Shown here: positions 44,950 through 54,300 of the stretch, piece by piece
How the letters are laid out: the number at the start of each line of letters is the position of its first letter
Numbering within the stretch: the first letter of the stretch is position 1
Source: Anaerolineales bacterium
GTDB taxonomy: Bacteria > Chloroflexota > Anaerolineae > Anaerolineales > RBG-16-64-43
Direction: 5' to 3'
Assembly (NCBI GenBank): GCA_035288225.1
Contig: DATEAT010000052.1
Location: 1,560-65,559, forward strand
Length of the DNA: 64,000 nt
Position numbers and translations under genes: made by a program
Notes under the pieces: generated by a model
What the model saw: the letters and a program-made list of their open reading frames with translations, nothing else
Databases searched by the model: none
What the model was told of the DNA's origin: nothing

Positions 44950-45747
44950 CTAAGCCGGCTTGAACGCGCGCAGCGTCAGGCTGAAGAGTTCAACCTCCCC
45001 ATCGTGGTGCCACGCCTCGCGCGAGGTCACCTCAATCGGCGCGAACCCGGCGTCGCGGATGGCCCCCAAGTACTCGCCCTCAGTCAGCGCGCCGGATACG
45101 CAACCCGCCCAACTGGCCAAGTCGCGCCGCTGCGCTTCGGGCAGCGGTCGATCGGAGACGATATCCGAGAGCGAGAGCCACCCGCCCGGGCGCAGCACGC
45201 GGAAGGCTTCGCGGAAGACGGCCGCCTTGTCGGGCGCCAGGTTGATGACGCAGTTGGAGAGGATCACATCCACCGAGTGTGCCTCCACCGGCAGGGCTTC
45301 GATGTACCCTTGACGGAATTCAACGTGCCGGTCGAGGCCCAGCCGTTGGGCGTTGGCGCGCGCGAGCTCAAGCATCTCCGGCGTCATATCGACCCCGATG
45401 ACTCGCCCCGTCGCGCCCCCTTCGGGCGCAACCGCACGCGCGGCAAGGAAGGCATCGTAACCCCCGCCACTTCCCAGGTCGAGCACCACCTGCCCCGGGC
45501 GCAACGCGGCAATGGCGGTGGGGCTGCCGCATCCCCAGGATGCCAGGACGGGAGCAGCCTCGCCCTGGGCGAGGTTGGCTTCGCTGGTCACGGCCCCCGC
45601 CCCGCAGCAGGCATTGCCCGCGCTCCCGGCTCCACAGCCGCAGCCGCTCGCAGAACTCAGCTCCGCCGCCTCGCGCGCACTGCGGGCGTAATGCTCGCGC
45701 ACTGCGGCGTGAGTGGCCTGGCCCTCTTTCTCAACGATCTCACTCAT
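44950..45747 (-). CDS. arsM: arsenite S-adenosylmethionine methyltransferase-like protein
   Basis: The SAM motif is VLDLGSGGG. Conserved cysteine contexts are GCGCG, WGCGSP and SNCVINL. The start at 45747 overlaps the arsR stop. Confidence 0.7.
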   Translation of the reverse strand: MSEIVEKEGQATHAAVREHYARSAREAAELSSASGCGCGAGSAGNACCGAGAVTSEANLAQGEAAPVLASWGCGSPTAIAALRPGQVVLDLGSGGGYDAFLAARAVAPEGGATGRVIGVDMTPEMLELARANAQRLGLDRHVEFRQGYIEALPVEAHSVDVILSNCVINLAPDKAAVFREAFRVLRPGGWLSLSDIVSDRPLPEAQRRDLASWAGCVSGALTEGEYLGAIRDAGFAPIEVTSREAWHHDGEVELFSLTLRAFKPA

Positions 45748-46100
45748 CTCGCGACCTCCAAATTCAATTTCACCGCCGGACGCGGTGGACAACAGATTTG
45801 CGACCAGCCCTTGGATAGGCGTTGCATCTCATCGGCGAACCACGCCATGGCTTGAGCATCCAGGCAGTAGCACGTGGCCGGGCCTTCCACCTCGCCGGTC
45901 ACCCAGCCGGCCTGGCGCAACACCTTGAGGTGTTGGCTGACCGTGGATTGCGCCAGCCCGCTGAACTGCACCAAGTCGCCGGTGATGCATTGCGGGTTGG
46001 CGACCATGTAGCGCAGCAGGCGAAGCCGCAGCGGGTTGCCCAGTGCACGCGCCATGCGCACCAGCCGTGCCTCATCCGATTTCAAACGCACGTCCTTCAT
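45744..46100 (-). CDS. arsR: ArsR/SmtB-family metalloregulator
   Basis: [13 protein letters not shown]...[26 protein letters not shown] is the ArsR wHTH. Confidence 0.85.
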   Translation of the reverse strand: MKDVRLKSDEARLVRMARALGNPLRLRLLRYMVANPQCITGDLVQFSGLAQSTVSQHLKVLRQAGWVTGEVEGPATCYCLDAQAMAWFADEMQRLSKGWSQICCPPRPAVKLNLEVAR

Positions 46101-46112
46101 TGGCCTCGCCTC

Positions 46113-46134
46113 TATATCGTAATTATACGATATA
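46113..46134. promoter_or_regulatory. inverted repeat TATATCGTA-ATTA-TACGATATA, candidate ArsR operator
   Basis: The 9-bp perfect arms overlap the -10 of the arsR promoter. Confidence 0.55.
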
Positions 46135-46149
46135 TAGCCGGAAAGTCAA
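46122..46149 (-). promoter_or_regulatory. arsR-arsM promoter
   Basis: On the minus strand it reads TTGACT - 16 nt - TATAAT. Confidence 0.6.
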
Positions 46150-46170
46150 GGGGCCGCGAGGCCCCTTGAC
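46140..46170 (-). terminator. terminator after the SPFH-HTH gene
   Basis: An 11-bp perfect stem GTCAAGGGGCC-tcgc-GGCCCCTTGAC is followed by TTTCC. The 3' arm doubles as the arsR -35. Confidence 0.55.
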
Positions 46171-46189
46171 CGTGGGTTGCGTGGAGCGG

Positions 46190-47221
46190 TTACTTCTTCA
46201 GATACTCTTCGAGCGCGGCCTTGGCAATGCGGTAGGTCGTCCCGATCTTCTTGGCCTTGAGCTCGCCGGCGGTGATCAGTGCAAGCACATCTTCTTCGCC
46301 CACCTTGAGCAGCCCGGCTGCGTCCGAAACCGTCATCACATCCGGCATGGCTCCCGCCGCGCCACCGGCGGCGCCGGCCGCCCCACCCTGTAGTGCCTGG
46401 CCCATCACCTGGCCGATCGACATGCCGGCTCCGATGCCGGCGGTAAGCCCGGCCCCGCCCTGCGGGTTGCGCGCCGCTTCGCGCATCGCATCGGCTGCCT
46501 GCAACTGAGTGTAGGTGCCCATGTCGAGCATGCCCATCGCCCGCAATTCTTCGGCGCTCTTCTCCGAGGGCTTGAGGTTTTCGATGTAGAAGGTCTTCAG
46601 CGTCAGGCCCACTGCGCGGAAGTCGTCCTGTCCCTTGGCGCGCACGCCGGCGCCGAGCTCCTCGGTCAGCCCGATGAGTTCCGGCACCGACTTCTTGGCA
46701 CCCACCTCGCCGAGCATGTCTTGCAGCTTCGAGAGCAGGATGGCGCGCAGCCGGCCCTGGATCTCACTCGTGGCATAGGCGCCGGTGGCGCCCACGATTT
46801 GGGTGACGAACTGCTGCGGGTCGTGGACCTGGTAGGAGTAAGAGCCGAAGCCCTGCATCAGCGCCACGCCCAGGCCCATGCCGGGGTTGCGCACGATGAT
46901 CGGCTGAGGGGTGCCCCATTTCTCGTTGGTGAACTCGCGCAACGAGACGAAGTACACCTCGGCGGTGAACGGCGTGCGCTCGTTGAAGGCTTTGCCGATC
47001 AGGTCGATCAGATACGGAATGTTGGCAGTGGAAATGGTGTGCCGCCCGGCGAGGAAGACATCCAGCGCCTTGCCGTCGCGGAAGAACACCGCCGCCTGCG
47101 ACTCGCGCACGATCACCTGCGAGCCGATGCGGAAATCGCCGAACCCGGTCTCGGGAAAGCGATGGACGATCTCATCCTTCATTTCGTTCGGGTATTCGAT
47201 AACATCGAAGATTCTAGCCAT
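46190..47221 (-). CDS. SPFH/band-7 domain protein (YdjI / 'virion core protein'-like) with Gly/Ala-rich linker and C-terminal excisionase-type HTH
   Basis: The N-terminus MARIFDVIEYPNEMKDEIVHRFPE...QAAVFFRDGK is typical of the COG4260 SPFH family. The C-terminal MTVSDAAGLLKVGEEDVLALITAGELKAKKIGTTYRIAKAALEEYL matches the excisionase/MerR-like HTH pattern. Confidence 0.75.
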   Translation of the reverse strand: MARIFDVIEYPNEMKDEIVHRFPETGFGDFRIGSQVIVRESQAAVFFRDGKALDVFLAGRHTISTANIPYLIDLIGKAFNERTPFTAEVYFVSLREFTNEKWGTPQPIIVRNPGMGLGVALMQGFGSYSYQVHDPQQFVTQIVGATGAYATSEIQGRLRAILLSKLQDMLGEVGAKKSVPELIGLTEELGAGVRAKGQDDFRAVGLTLKTFYIENLKPSEKSAEELRAMGMLDMGTYTQLQAADAMREAARNPQGGAGLTAGIGAGMSIGQVMGQALQGGAAGAAGGAAGAMPDVMTVSDAAGLLKVGEEDVLALITAGELKAKKIGTTYRIAKAALEEYLKK

Positions 47222-47293
47222 GTGTTTCTCTCCGTGATGCTGAGCGGCGCCTGAACGGGCGGCGCGCTGTGGCGGATGGCGCCTGGCCGGCCG

Positions 47294-47812
47294 TTAGCCG
47301 GAGGTCAGGATCACCTCGCCCCGGCGGTCGAACAGATCGATGCATTCCTGGGCCAAGGCCGTCAGATTGCGAACGGCCGCCGGCAGCCCCTCGCCCCCGA
47401 TGGAGGAGGCCACGTTGTCGACCGCACCGGAGACCAGGGCCACCTTGTCGAGCAGCGTGCTGTCGTATTGATACAGCTTGTCGAGCTCGGCCTCGTTCAC
47501 CTTGACCGCATCGAAGAAACCCGAGTAGCCATAGGCCGCATGGCGCACACGATCGACGAGCGCGCGCAGCTTCATGACAGAGGCTTCCAGGTCGTCGAGC
47601 GACTCGATCTGCCCTTGGGCCACGAGCTGGCGCTGCAGTTCCGAAATGCGCGACCACTGCTCCTCATAGCGGCTGGCCACCGTCGTGCGCAGCAGCTTAT
47701 CGGCATCGCGCCGGTTCGAGCGCTCGACGTAGCCCTTGAAACCAGGGATCACGGCGACGATCTTCTCGAAGAAGTTGCGGGCGCCCTTGATTTTAGAAAC
47801 GAGATCAGTCAT
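47294..47812 (-). CDS. hypothetical helical protein (172 aa), first gene of the SPFH operon
   Basis: It is a clean ORF with AAGGAGATGAAGC upstream of the ATG. I recognised no family. Confidence 0.6.
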   Translation of the reverse strand: MTDLVSKIKGARNFFEKIVAVIPGFKGYVERSNRRDADKLLRTTVASRYEEQWSRISELQRQLVAQGQIESLDDLEASVMKLRALVDRVRHAAYGYSGFFDAVKVNEAELDKLYQYDSTLLDKVALVSGAVDNVASSIGGEGLPAAVRNLTALAQECIDLFDRRGEVILTSG

Positions 47813-47867
47813 GCTTCATCTCCTTGCCATGTGGCCCGGCGCCACGGCGGCGCAGGTCGTGTAGGCA

Positions 47868-47895
47868 ATTATATGGCAGTCGCGGTGAAGCGCAA
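47868..47895 (-). promoter_or_regulatory. promoter of the 172-aa/SPFH operon
   Basis: On the minus strand it reads TTGCGC - 16 nt - TATAAT. Confidence 0.5.
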
Positions 47896-47967
47896 CCCAT
47901 GTGTGCCTTCCCGGCCGCTTCCACAGAGGATATACGCTTCGGCCGCGGAGGGGTTGCACGCGCTGGC

Positions 47968-48267
47968 TTACAGCAGCCGGTCGCCCACCATGGCCAGCAT
48001 CACCAGCGCCAAGTAGACATGGGAGAATTTGTGGACGCGCCGGGCAAGTGCGCGCTCCGCCGTGCGGCGCAGGCCCCACGCCAAACGCAAGAAGTAAGCT
48101 CCCAGTACGAGCGCGAGCAGCACATACAAGCCCCCCAGCAGACCGAGCGCGGCCGGGACCAGCGTCATGGCCGCCATCTGCAGGCTATAGAGCCACACCT
48201 GGCGTGCCGGAGAGACTCCTCCGCCTTGGCTCCGTTGCTCAAGAGGCGCAGATGACCGGCGCGGATT
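47968..48267 (-). pseudogene. C-terminal remnant of a UbiA-family prenyltransferase (heme O synthase CtaB/CyoE-like)
   Basis: ...PARQVWLYSLQMAAMTLVPAALGLLGGLYVLLALVLGAYFLRLAWGLRR...HKFSHVYLALVMLAMVGD resembles only the last two TM helices of CtaB. An in-frame stop lies at 48270..48268, and there is no upstream continuation in any frame. Confidence 0.45.
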
Positions 48268-48410
48268 TCAGATGAGTATTCGGCCAACTCCGGCGCAGTC
48301 TATCTTTTTGTACTGAGGGTGTCAACGAGGGCAACGCCGAGCTGTTCGGACATGGCCCTTCCTGTCCGAACTCGAAAACTCGCCATCGGATGATGCGCGG
48401 GCGACGAAGG

Positions 48411-49571
48411 TTATGGCGCGGGTTGGGGAAGCTCGCCGCCGCACGCGGATCGGTAGTAGGCGGCCTCAATGTCGTAGTTGGCGAGGGCGAATTCGTGCGC
48501 CGCCTGGCTGATCTCGGCCGCCTTGCGCATCTGGGCGACAAGCCCAGGGTAGCCCCATTCGCGCGGCAGGACCATCAGCGGATCTTCCACCTCGCGCTCC
48601 TTGTCGTTCAGAGGAATCCAATTGAACATAAGTGGGCCGCGCGCGCTGAAGGTGAAGGCCAGGCGGTAGCCAGCCTCTCGCACGAGCCGTGCGGCAGGTG
48701 TCGTGAAGTTGCCGCCCGGCCAGACAAACGCCACCGGCAAACGCCCGAAATGCTTCTCGAGAATTGGAAGCGGGCCGAAGATCTCGTTGTGGACGTACTC
48801 ATCGGAGGAATTCGGATGGATCGTCAGGTTGTGCTCATAGCCATGGGCCTGAAACTCGACCCGTCCCGTCGCCGCCAACGCCTCGGCCCGTTGCCACAAT
48901 CCCTCACGTCGGTCCGTGTCGCCGATCGGCCAGGCCATCGACATGGTCCAGTTGTTGGCGATCATGACCGGCATCATGTGGTCCTCGACCGTGCCGGCAT
49001 TGCGGTCATCGACGATCCACACCATCGACAGGCGCGGGATGGAGGCGTTGCTTTCGAGGAAGTCGGCGGCCTGGGTCATGGTGACCGTGGTAAAGCCCAG
49101 CTGGTTAGCCCAGTAGACGCTGGCCTGCAAGTCTTCCACCGGCGTAGTGGTATCGCCCGGCCCGCGGTTGCCGGCGGAGCTCACCCCATGGAAAGCCACC
49201 GGCACGATGAGCGTTCCGGGTGCGCTGCGGGCCGGATCCCACCGCGCGCGCAAGTAAACGCAGGTGTTGGCGATATACCCGGCCGGCTGCACGCCGCGCA
49301 ACAAGCGTGATGTGGTGAAGGTGGTGAGAACCGGCGGAGTCGCGCTTGGCGTCGGCACCGCGGTGGGCCGGGGCGTAGCTGTGGAAGTGGGAACGGCGCT
49401 CGGGGTGGGCGATGCGCGGGTGGCCGTCAAGGTGGCGGGGTGTGCCAGGGTCTCCGTTGCGGGCCCGCTCGCGCCGGGCCGGCCGCAGCCTGCGATGAGC
49501 GCGCCGACGAGAATGGCGACGCTGAACGAAGTGGGCAGAGCCCGAGGAGAAGCTATTCGCCGCGTCCCCAT
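48411..49571 (-). CDS. polysaccharide deacetylase (NodB-homology) lipoprotein
   Basis: The start at 49571 is MGTRRIASP...LIAGCG (lipobox), followed by a Pro/Thr-rich linker. The NodB-like segments are VPVAFHGVS, IVDDRNAG, FQAHGYEH and FVWPGGN. Confidence 0.7.
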   Translation of the reverse strand: MGTRRIASPRALPTSFSVAILVGALIAGCGRPGASGPATETLAHPATLTATRASPTPSAVPTSTATPRPTAVPTPSATPPVLTTFTTSRLLRGVQPAGYIANTCVYLRARWDPARSAPGTLIVPVAFHGVSSAGNRGPGDTTTPVEDLQASVYWANQLGFTTVTMTQAADFLESNASIPRLSMVWIVDDRNAGTVEDHMMPVMIANNWTMSMAWPIGDTDRREGLWQRAEALAATGRVEFQAHGYEHNLTIHPNSSDEYVHNEIFGPLPILEKHFGRLPVAFVWPGGNFTTPAARLVREAGYRLAFTFSARGPLMFNWIPLNDKEREVEDPLMVLPREWGYPGLVAQMRKAAEISQAAHEFALANYDIEAAYYRSACGGELPQPAP

Positions 49572-49957
49572 CGGCGCACCGCAGGCAAGAACAGCAGCAC
49601 GAGCACGGCGGCGGCCATGAGGGTGACCACCCACAGATGCAAGAGCGAGAGCAACCCCAGGATGAGTGTCACCGGCCAGCCCCACTTGTTGCGCATCCAC
49701 AACCCCAACGTGGCGCCCCACCACGAGGTGCCGACAATCACGAGCGGCCAGTCGAACGCGGCGGGAGAAAGACCCGCTGCGGCAACCAGCGTGACCCATA
49801 GTTCCTGCCCCCCAACCGCGAAGGGCACACTGCCCGTCAGGCGAGTGGCCAATCCTTGCCAAGCCATCCACATGCCGGCTACAAACCCAAGAATCACAAT
49901 GGCCACCAGGCTGAGGGTCGGGCGTTCGCGGCTGGCGACGGCCTGCGTCGGTGTCAT
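49553..49957 (-). CDS. small integral membrane protein (4 predicted TM helices)
   Basis: It is a 134-aa hydrophobic ORF that overlaps the deacetylase start by 19 nt. Confidence 0.5.
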   Translation of the reverse strand: MTPTQAVASRERPTLSLVAIVILGFVAGMWMAWQGLATRLTGSVPFAVGGQELWVTLVAAAGLSPAAFDWPLVIVGTSWWGATLGLWMRNKWGWPVTLILGLLSLLHLWVVTLMAAAVLVLLFLPAVRRWGRGE

Positions 49958-50043
49958 GGCCCACCTCGTGCGGAAGAGAGTGCCGCTGGGAATCTCATAA
50001 CCTGCCTCGGGTTCCGGGCTGGCCGGCCATTCCGCGATTTGGA

Positions 50044-51204
50044 TTAGTACAAGAACATCGGCTTACCAACAACCGTTTTCACTTTCGGGCGGTATTCCTT
50101 CTCGTCGTAGAATTCCTTCACGTCCACTTGGCGCTTTCCCTGAATGGCCGTGTCGACGGGCACGGTGGTGAAGCAGCCCTTCTGCACGGCCACCATGCGC
50201 CCGAAATTGCCCTGCGCCATTTGCTGCATCGCCAGGTTGCCGTACGAGATGGCGACCATGCGGTCGAGAGAGTCGGGCGGCCCTGCGCGCATCAGGTAGG
50301 CCAGTGTCTGGTTTAAGAATTCGAGGCCGGTCAGCTTCTTGAGCGCTTCGCTCGTCATCGGACCGATGCCGCCCAGCTTCTTGTGACCGAACGCGTCCTC
50401 CTGGCCGGCTTCGACGATCTCGCCCCCCAGCATGCTTGCCCCTTCGGAAACGACCACCACGGCATAGCGGCTGGGGTTGCGTTGCCGGTCCGCCACGACC
50501 ATCGGCGCCAGGCGCTGGACGTCGAACGGCACTTCGCTGATGAGTGCGCGGTCAGCATCCGCCAGATAAGCGGCGATGAGGGCCGTCTCGCCGCTGTTGC
50601 GCCCAAAGAGCTCCACCATCAGCACCCGCTCGTGACTTCCGCTTGGCGTGCGCAATGCATGAATGAATTCAACACTGCGCGAGACGGCCGTGCTAAACCC
50701 GATGCAGTAGTCGGTGCCGTAGACGTCGTTGTCCATCGTCTTGGGGATTGCCACGACCTTGACGCCTTCCTTGTGCAGCCGGGCCGCAAACGAAAGCGTA
50801 TCGTCGCCGCCAATCGGGATCAATGCATCCACCTTGAGATGGGAAAGCACGCGCAGCGTGTGGTCGGTGCAGTCCACGGTGGTCTTGCCCTCCTCGAGCG
50901 GATACTGGCTCTTGAGGAATTCGGGCAGGTCCTTGGGTTTGACCTTCTGCGGGTTGGTGCGCGAGGTGTGCAGGAAGGTTCCCCCGTCGCGATCGACCGT
51001 GCGGACCGTTTCGCGCGTGAGGGGCAGCACCAGCCCCGTGTTGGTGTGCGAGTCAGCCGCCGGGTTGTAATGAAGAAGACCACCCCACCCACGGCGGACC
51101 CCCAAAACGTCCCAGCCCATCTCCTCGGCCGCCAGCACCACGGCCTTGATGGCGACATTCAACCCCGGGACATCGCCTCCACCGGTAAGAATGCCAATGC
51201 GCAT
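50044..51204 (-). CDS. pfp: phosphofructokinase, sequence signature of the PPi-dependent type
   Basis: The N-terminus is [23 protein letters not shown] (Asp instead of the ATP-type Gly) and IPKTMDND (Lys) are the two diagnostic substitutions. Confidence 0.8.
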   Translation of the reverse strand: MRIGILTGGGDVPGLNVAIKAVVLAAEEMGWDVLGVRRGWGGLLHYNPAADSHTNTGLVLPLTRETVRTVDRDGGTFLHTSRTNPQKVKPKDLPEFLKSQYPLEEGKTTVDCTDHTLRVLSHLKVDALIPIGGDDTLSFAARLHKEGVKVVAIPKTMDNDVYGTDYCIGFSTAVSRSVEFIHALRTPSGSHERVLMVELFGRNSGETALIAAYLADADRALISEVPFDVQRLAPMVVADRQRNPSRYAVVVVSEGASMLGGEIVEAGQEDAFGHKKLGGIGPMTSEALKKLTGLEFLNQTLAYLMRAGPPDSLDRMVAISYGNLAMQQMAQGNFGRMVAVQKGCFTTVPVDTAIQGKRQVDVKEFYDEKEYRPKVKTVVGKPMFLY

Positions 51205-51352
51205 GAGAGTCCTCCTCGAATGAATGGAAGATGGCGGCTGCGAGGCACGCGCGAATGCGTCGTGATTATACCTGGCAGAGGCAGCCTATCGCAGCCGCGC
51301 GAAGAACTCCCCTTGCGGGGAGTGGGCGCATCCTGGATTCTCGGCAACCGAG

Positions 51353-54300
51353 CTACTGGACTCGCCAGGGAGAGATCTCGATCGAATCCGGCCCCAGCAA
51401 CTCGCGCAGGCGCAATTCAAGTTCGGCGCCGAACCCGGTGGTTTCGTTTGGAAACTCGACCCGCCATGCCCGGCTGCCCTCGTAAACATTCAGCGCAAAG
51501 TGATCCTGACCCGGGTAGCTGGCCAACAAACCATGCACGTGCCGCAGGCGGCGAACGTCACGTGGGCGGTCGCCCGTCTCGCGCAGAGTAATGGTGATCA
51601 TGCGCGGCGTGGCCGGCGCGGGGCCCGGGCGAAGCGCGGGCGCCGGGGCCAGCAGCGGCGCGCCGGCCAGCATCGCGGCTTCAACGTTTGCTACGGCCAG
51701 CACGGTGCCAGAGGCGTGGACGACCGGAGTCCGCGAGGCAGAGGGTGAGGCGAGGCCCTCCGCGACTGTGCCGGGCAGGGCCTCAACCAACGGTTCAGGC
51801 GGCGGGGCGTTGTCCCAGTCGGGATCCGGTTCGCCCGTAGGGTCCATCGCCGCCCCGGCTGGCTCAAGCGTCGCGCTGGGTGCAGCGACGGGCACGGCCG
51901 GTGGCGATGGGAGTGTTGCACGACCCGCCGGACGCATTAGTTTGACCGATCCGCTCGGCGTGAGTTCGGGGGAGATCGCGTCGGCCAACACGCGCGGCGT
52001 GGTTCCGACGTACTCCGCTTTACCCTCGACCAGCGCGATGGCATTCGTTTTCAGCCAGCCTTTGACCTTGTTCCATAAGTTCGGAAAGACCGTGATTTCG
52101 ATCGCCCCCTGCAGATCCTCCAATGTCACAAAGGCCATCGGCTTGCCCGTTCGTGTCTGGTGTCCGCGGATATGGGTGACCAGGCCGGCCACCCGCACCG
52201 GCTGTCCATTCAGTTCCTCGCTCCATTCCGCAGAGAAATGCGTAACCGCCTGCTGCAACTGCACCAGGTAAGGCGAGAGCGGATGATCGCTGATATACAG
52301 CCCCAAGAGCTCGCGCTCCCACTCGAGCACCGTGCGCTGCGGCACCGGGTTGCGCGACGGCTGGAGCTGCAGAACCTCGATCGGACCGCTGGGCCCGGCG
52401 GCAAACAGACTCAACTGGCCGCTTTCCGCTGCACGGAAGTGCTGGGCTGAGACCGAGAGCAATTGGTCGAGCGCGTCCAGCAGAGAGAGGCGATCGCCCA
52501 ATGCATCCAGTGCGCCGACGCGGATGAGCGATTCCAGCGCGCGTCGCCCAACCCGCCGCAAGTCGACCCGCCGCGCGAAGTCGTCCACGCCCGTAAATGC
52601 CCGCTCCGATCCGCGCGCTTCGATGATCGCTAGCACCGGGCCTTCGCCGACGTTCTTGACCCCCCCCAACCCAAAGCGAATAGCCGTCGGGCTGCCCGGG
52701 CGCTCTTCAATTGAGAAATCCCATTGGCCGTGATTGATGTCCGGAGGCAGAACGTCGATGCCCATACGCCGGCAATCGGCAATGTAAAGGGCCACCTTCT
52801 CGCTGTCGCCGCGGTTTACGCACAACAGCGCGGTCATGAATTCCACGGGGAAGTGCGCTTTAAGATAGGCCGTCTGGACGCAGATCACGCCGTAGTCGGC
52901 GGCATGGGCCTTGTTGAACCCATAGCGCGCGAAACCTTCCCAGTCGTCATAGATGGCCTGGGCGGTTGCGCGCGGAATGCTGCGCTGCTCACAGCCTGCC
53001 ACAAACCGCTGGCGGTGGGCTTGCAGGGACTCGGCCTTCTTCTTGGCCACGGCCTTGCGCAGGTCGTCGGCTTCGCTCGGTTTGTAGCCGGCCATCTCGA
53101 TCGCCGCGCGCATCAATTGCTCTTGGTAGATCGGGATGCCGTAGGTTTCGCGCAAGATCGGTTCGAGCGCCGGGTGCCGGTATTCGATTTTCTCCTCGCC
53201 GTGCATGCGGCGGATGTAGGTTGGAATGAAATCAATCGGGCCCGGGCGGTAGAGGGCGATCATGGCAATGACGTTGTCGAGCCCGGTCGGCTTCATCTCC
53301 ATCAAGTAGCGGCGAATGCCCGACCCTTCAACCTGGAACACGCCCGCCACCTCCCCGCGTCCGAGGAGTTCGTAGATCGCTGGATCGTCGGTGGGGATGC
53401 AGTCGAGATTGAGGTCAATGCCCTGGCGTTCGCTGATCAGCGCACAGGCGCGCTGCATCAGCGTGAGGGTGGCCAGGCCGAGGAAATCCACTTTGAGCAG
53501 CCCTAGTTGTTCGAGGACTTGCATCTCGAACTGGGTCACCACGGTGATCGGGCCTTCCTCCAGGCTGCCGTGAGTCGGGCGATGAAGCGGCAGGTACTCC
53601 ACGAGCGGGCGGTCGGCAATCACCACACCGGCGGCATGCGTGCCGGCGTTGCGCACCACGCCCTCCAGCTTGGCCGCCGTATCCACCAGGTTGCGGACGT
53701 AGTCGGTCTTCTGGTACAGCTCCTTCAGCGCCGCCACGTCCTCCAACGCCTCACCCAGCGAGACCGGCTTGCCCGGGATGGCCGGGATCAGCTTCGCGAT
53801 CTTGTCGACCTCCGACAGCGGGATGTCGAGCACGCGCCCGACGTCGCGCACAGCGGCGCGCGCGGCCATCGTGCCGAAGGTGATGATCTGTGCGACCTTG
53901 TCGTGCCCGTAGCGATCGGCCGCGTATTGCAGCACACGCGCCCGCTGATCGTCCTGGAAGTCGAGGTCGATATCGGGCATCGAGACGCGCCCCGGGTTGA
54001 GGAAGCGCTCGAAGATCAACCCGTGCTCGATAGGATCGACCAGAGTAATACTCAGCGCGTAGGCCACCAGCGAGCCGGCCGCCGAACCGCGCGCGTTATA
54101 CCAAATGCCCTGCTCCCGAGCGAAGCGGCATAAGTCCCACACAATAAGGAAGTAGGTGTCGAAGCCCATGGTGTGGATGATGTCGAGTTCGTAGGCCAGC
54201 CGCTCGCCAAAGGCGGGCTCGTCCGCTCGTGCCCCGAAGCGTCCGCGCAGGCCCTGGTCGCACAAGGCGCGCAGATAACTGGCCGGCGTGAGATCCGCGG

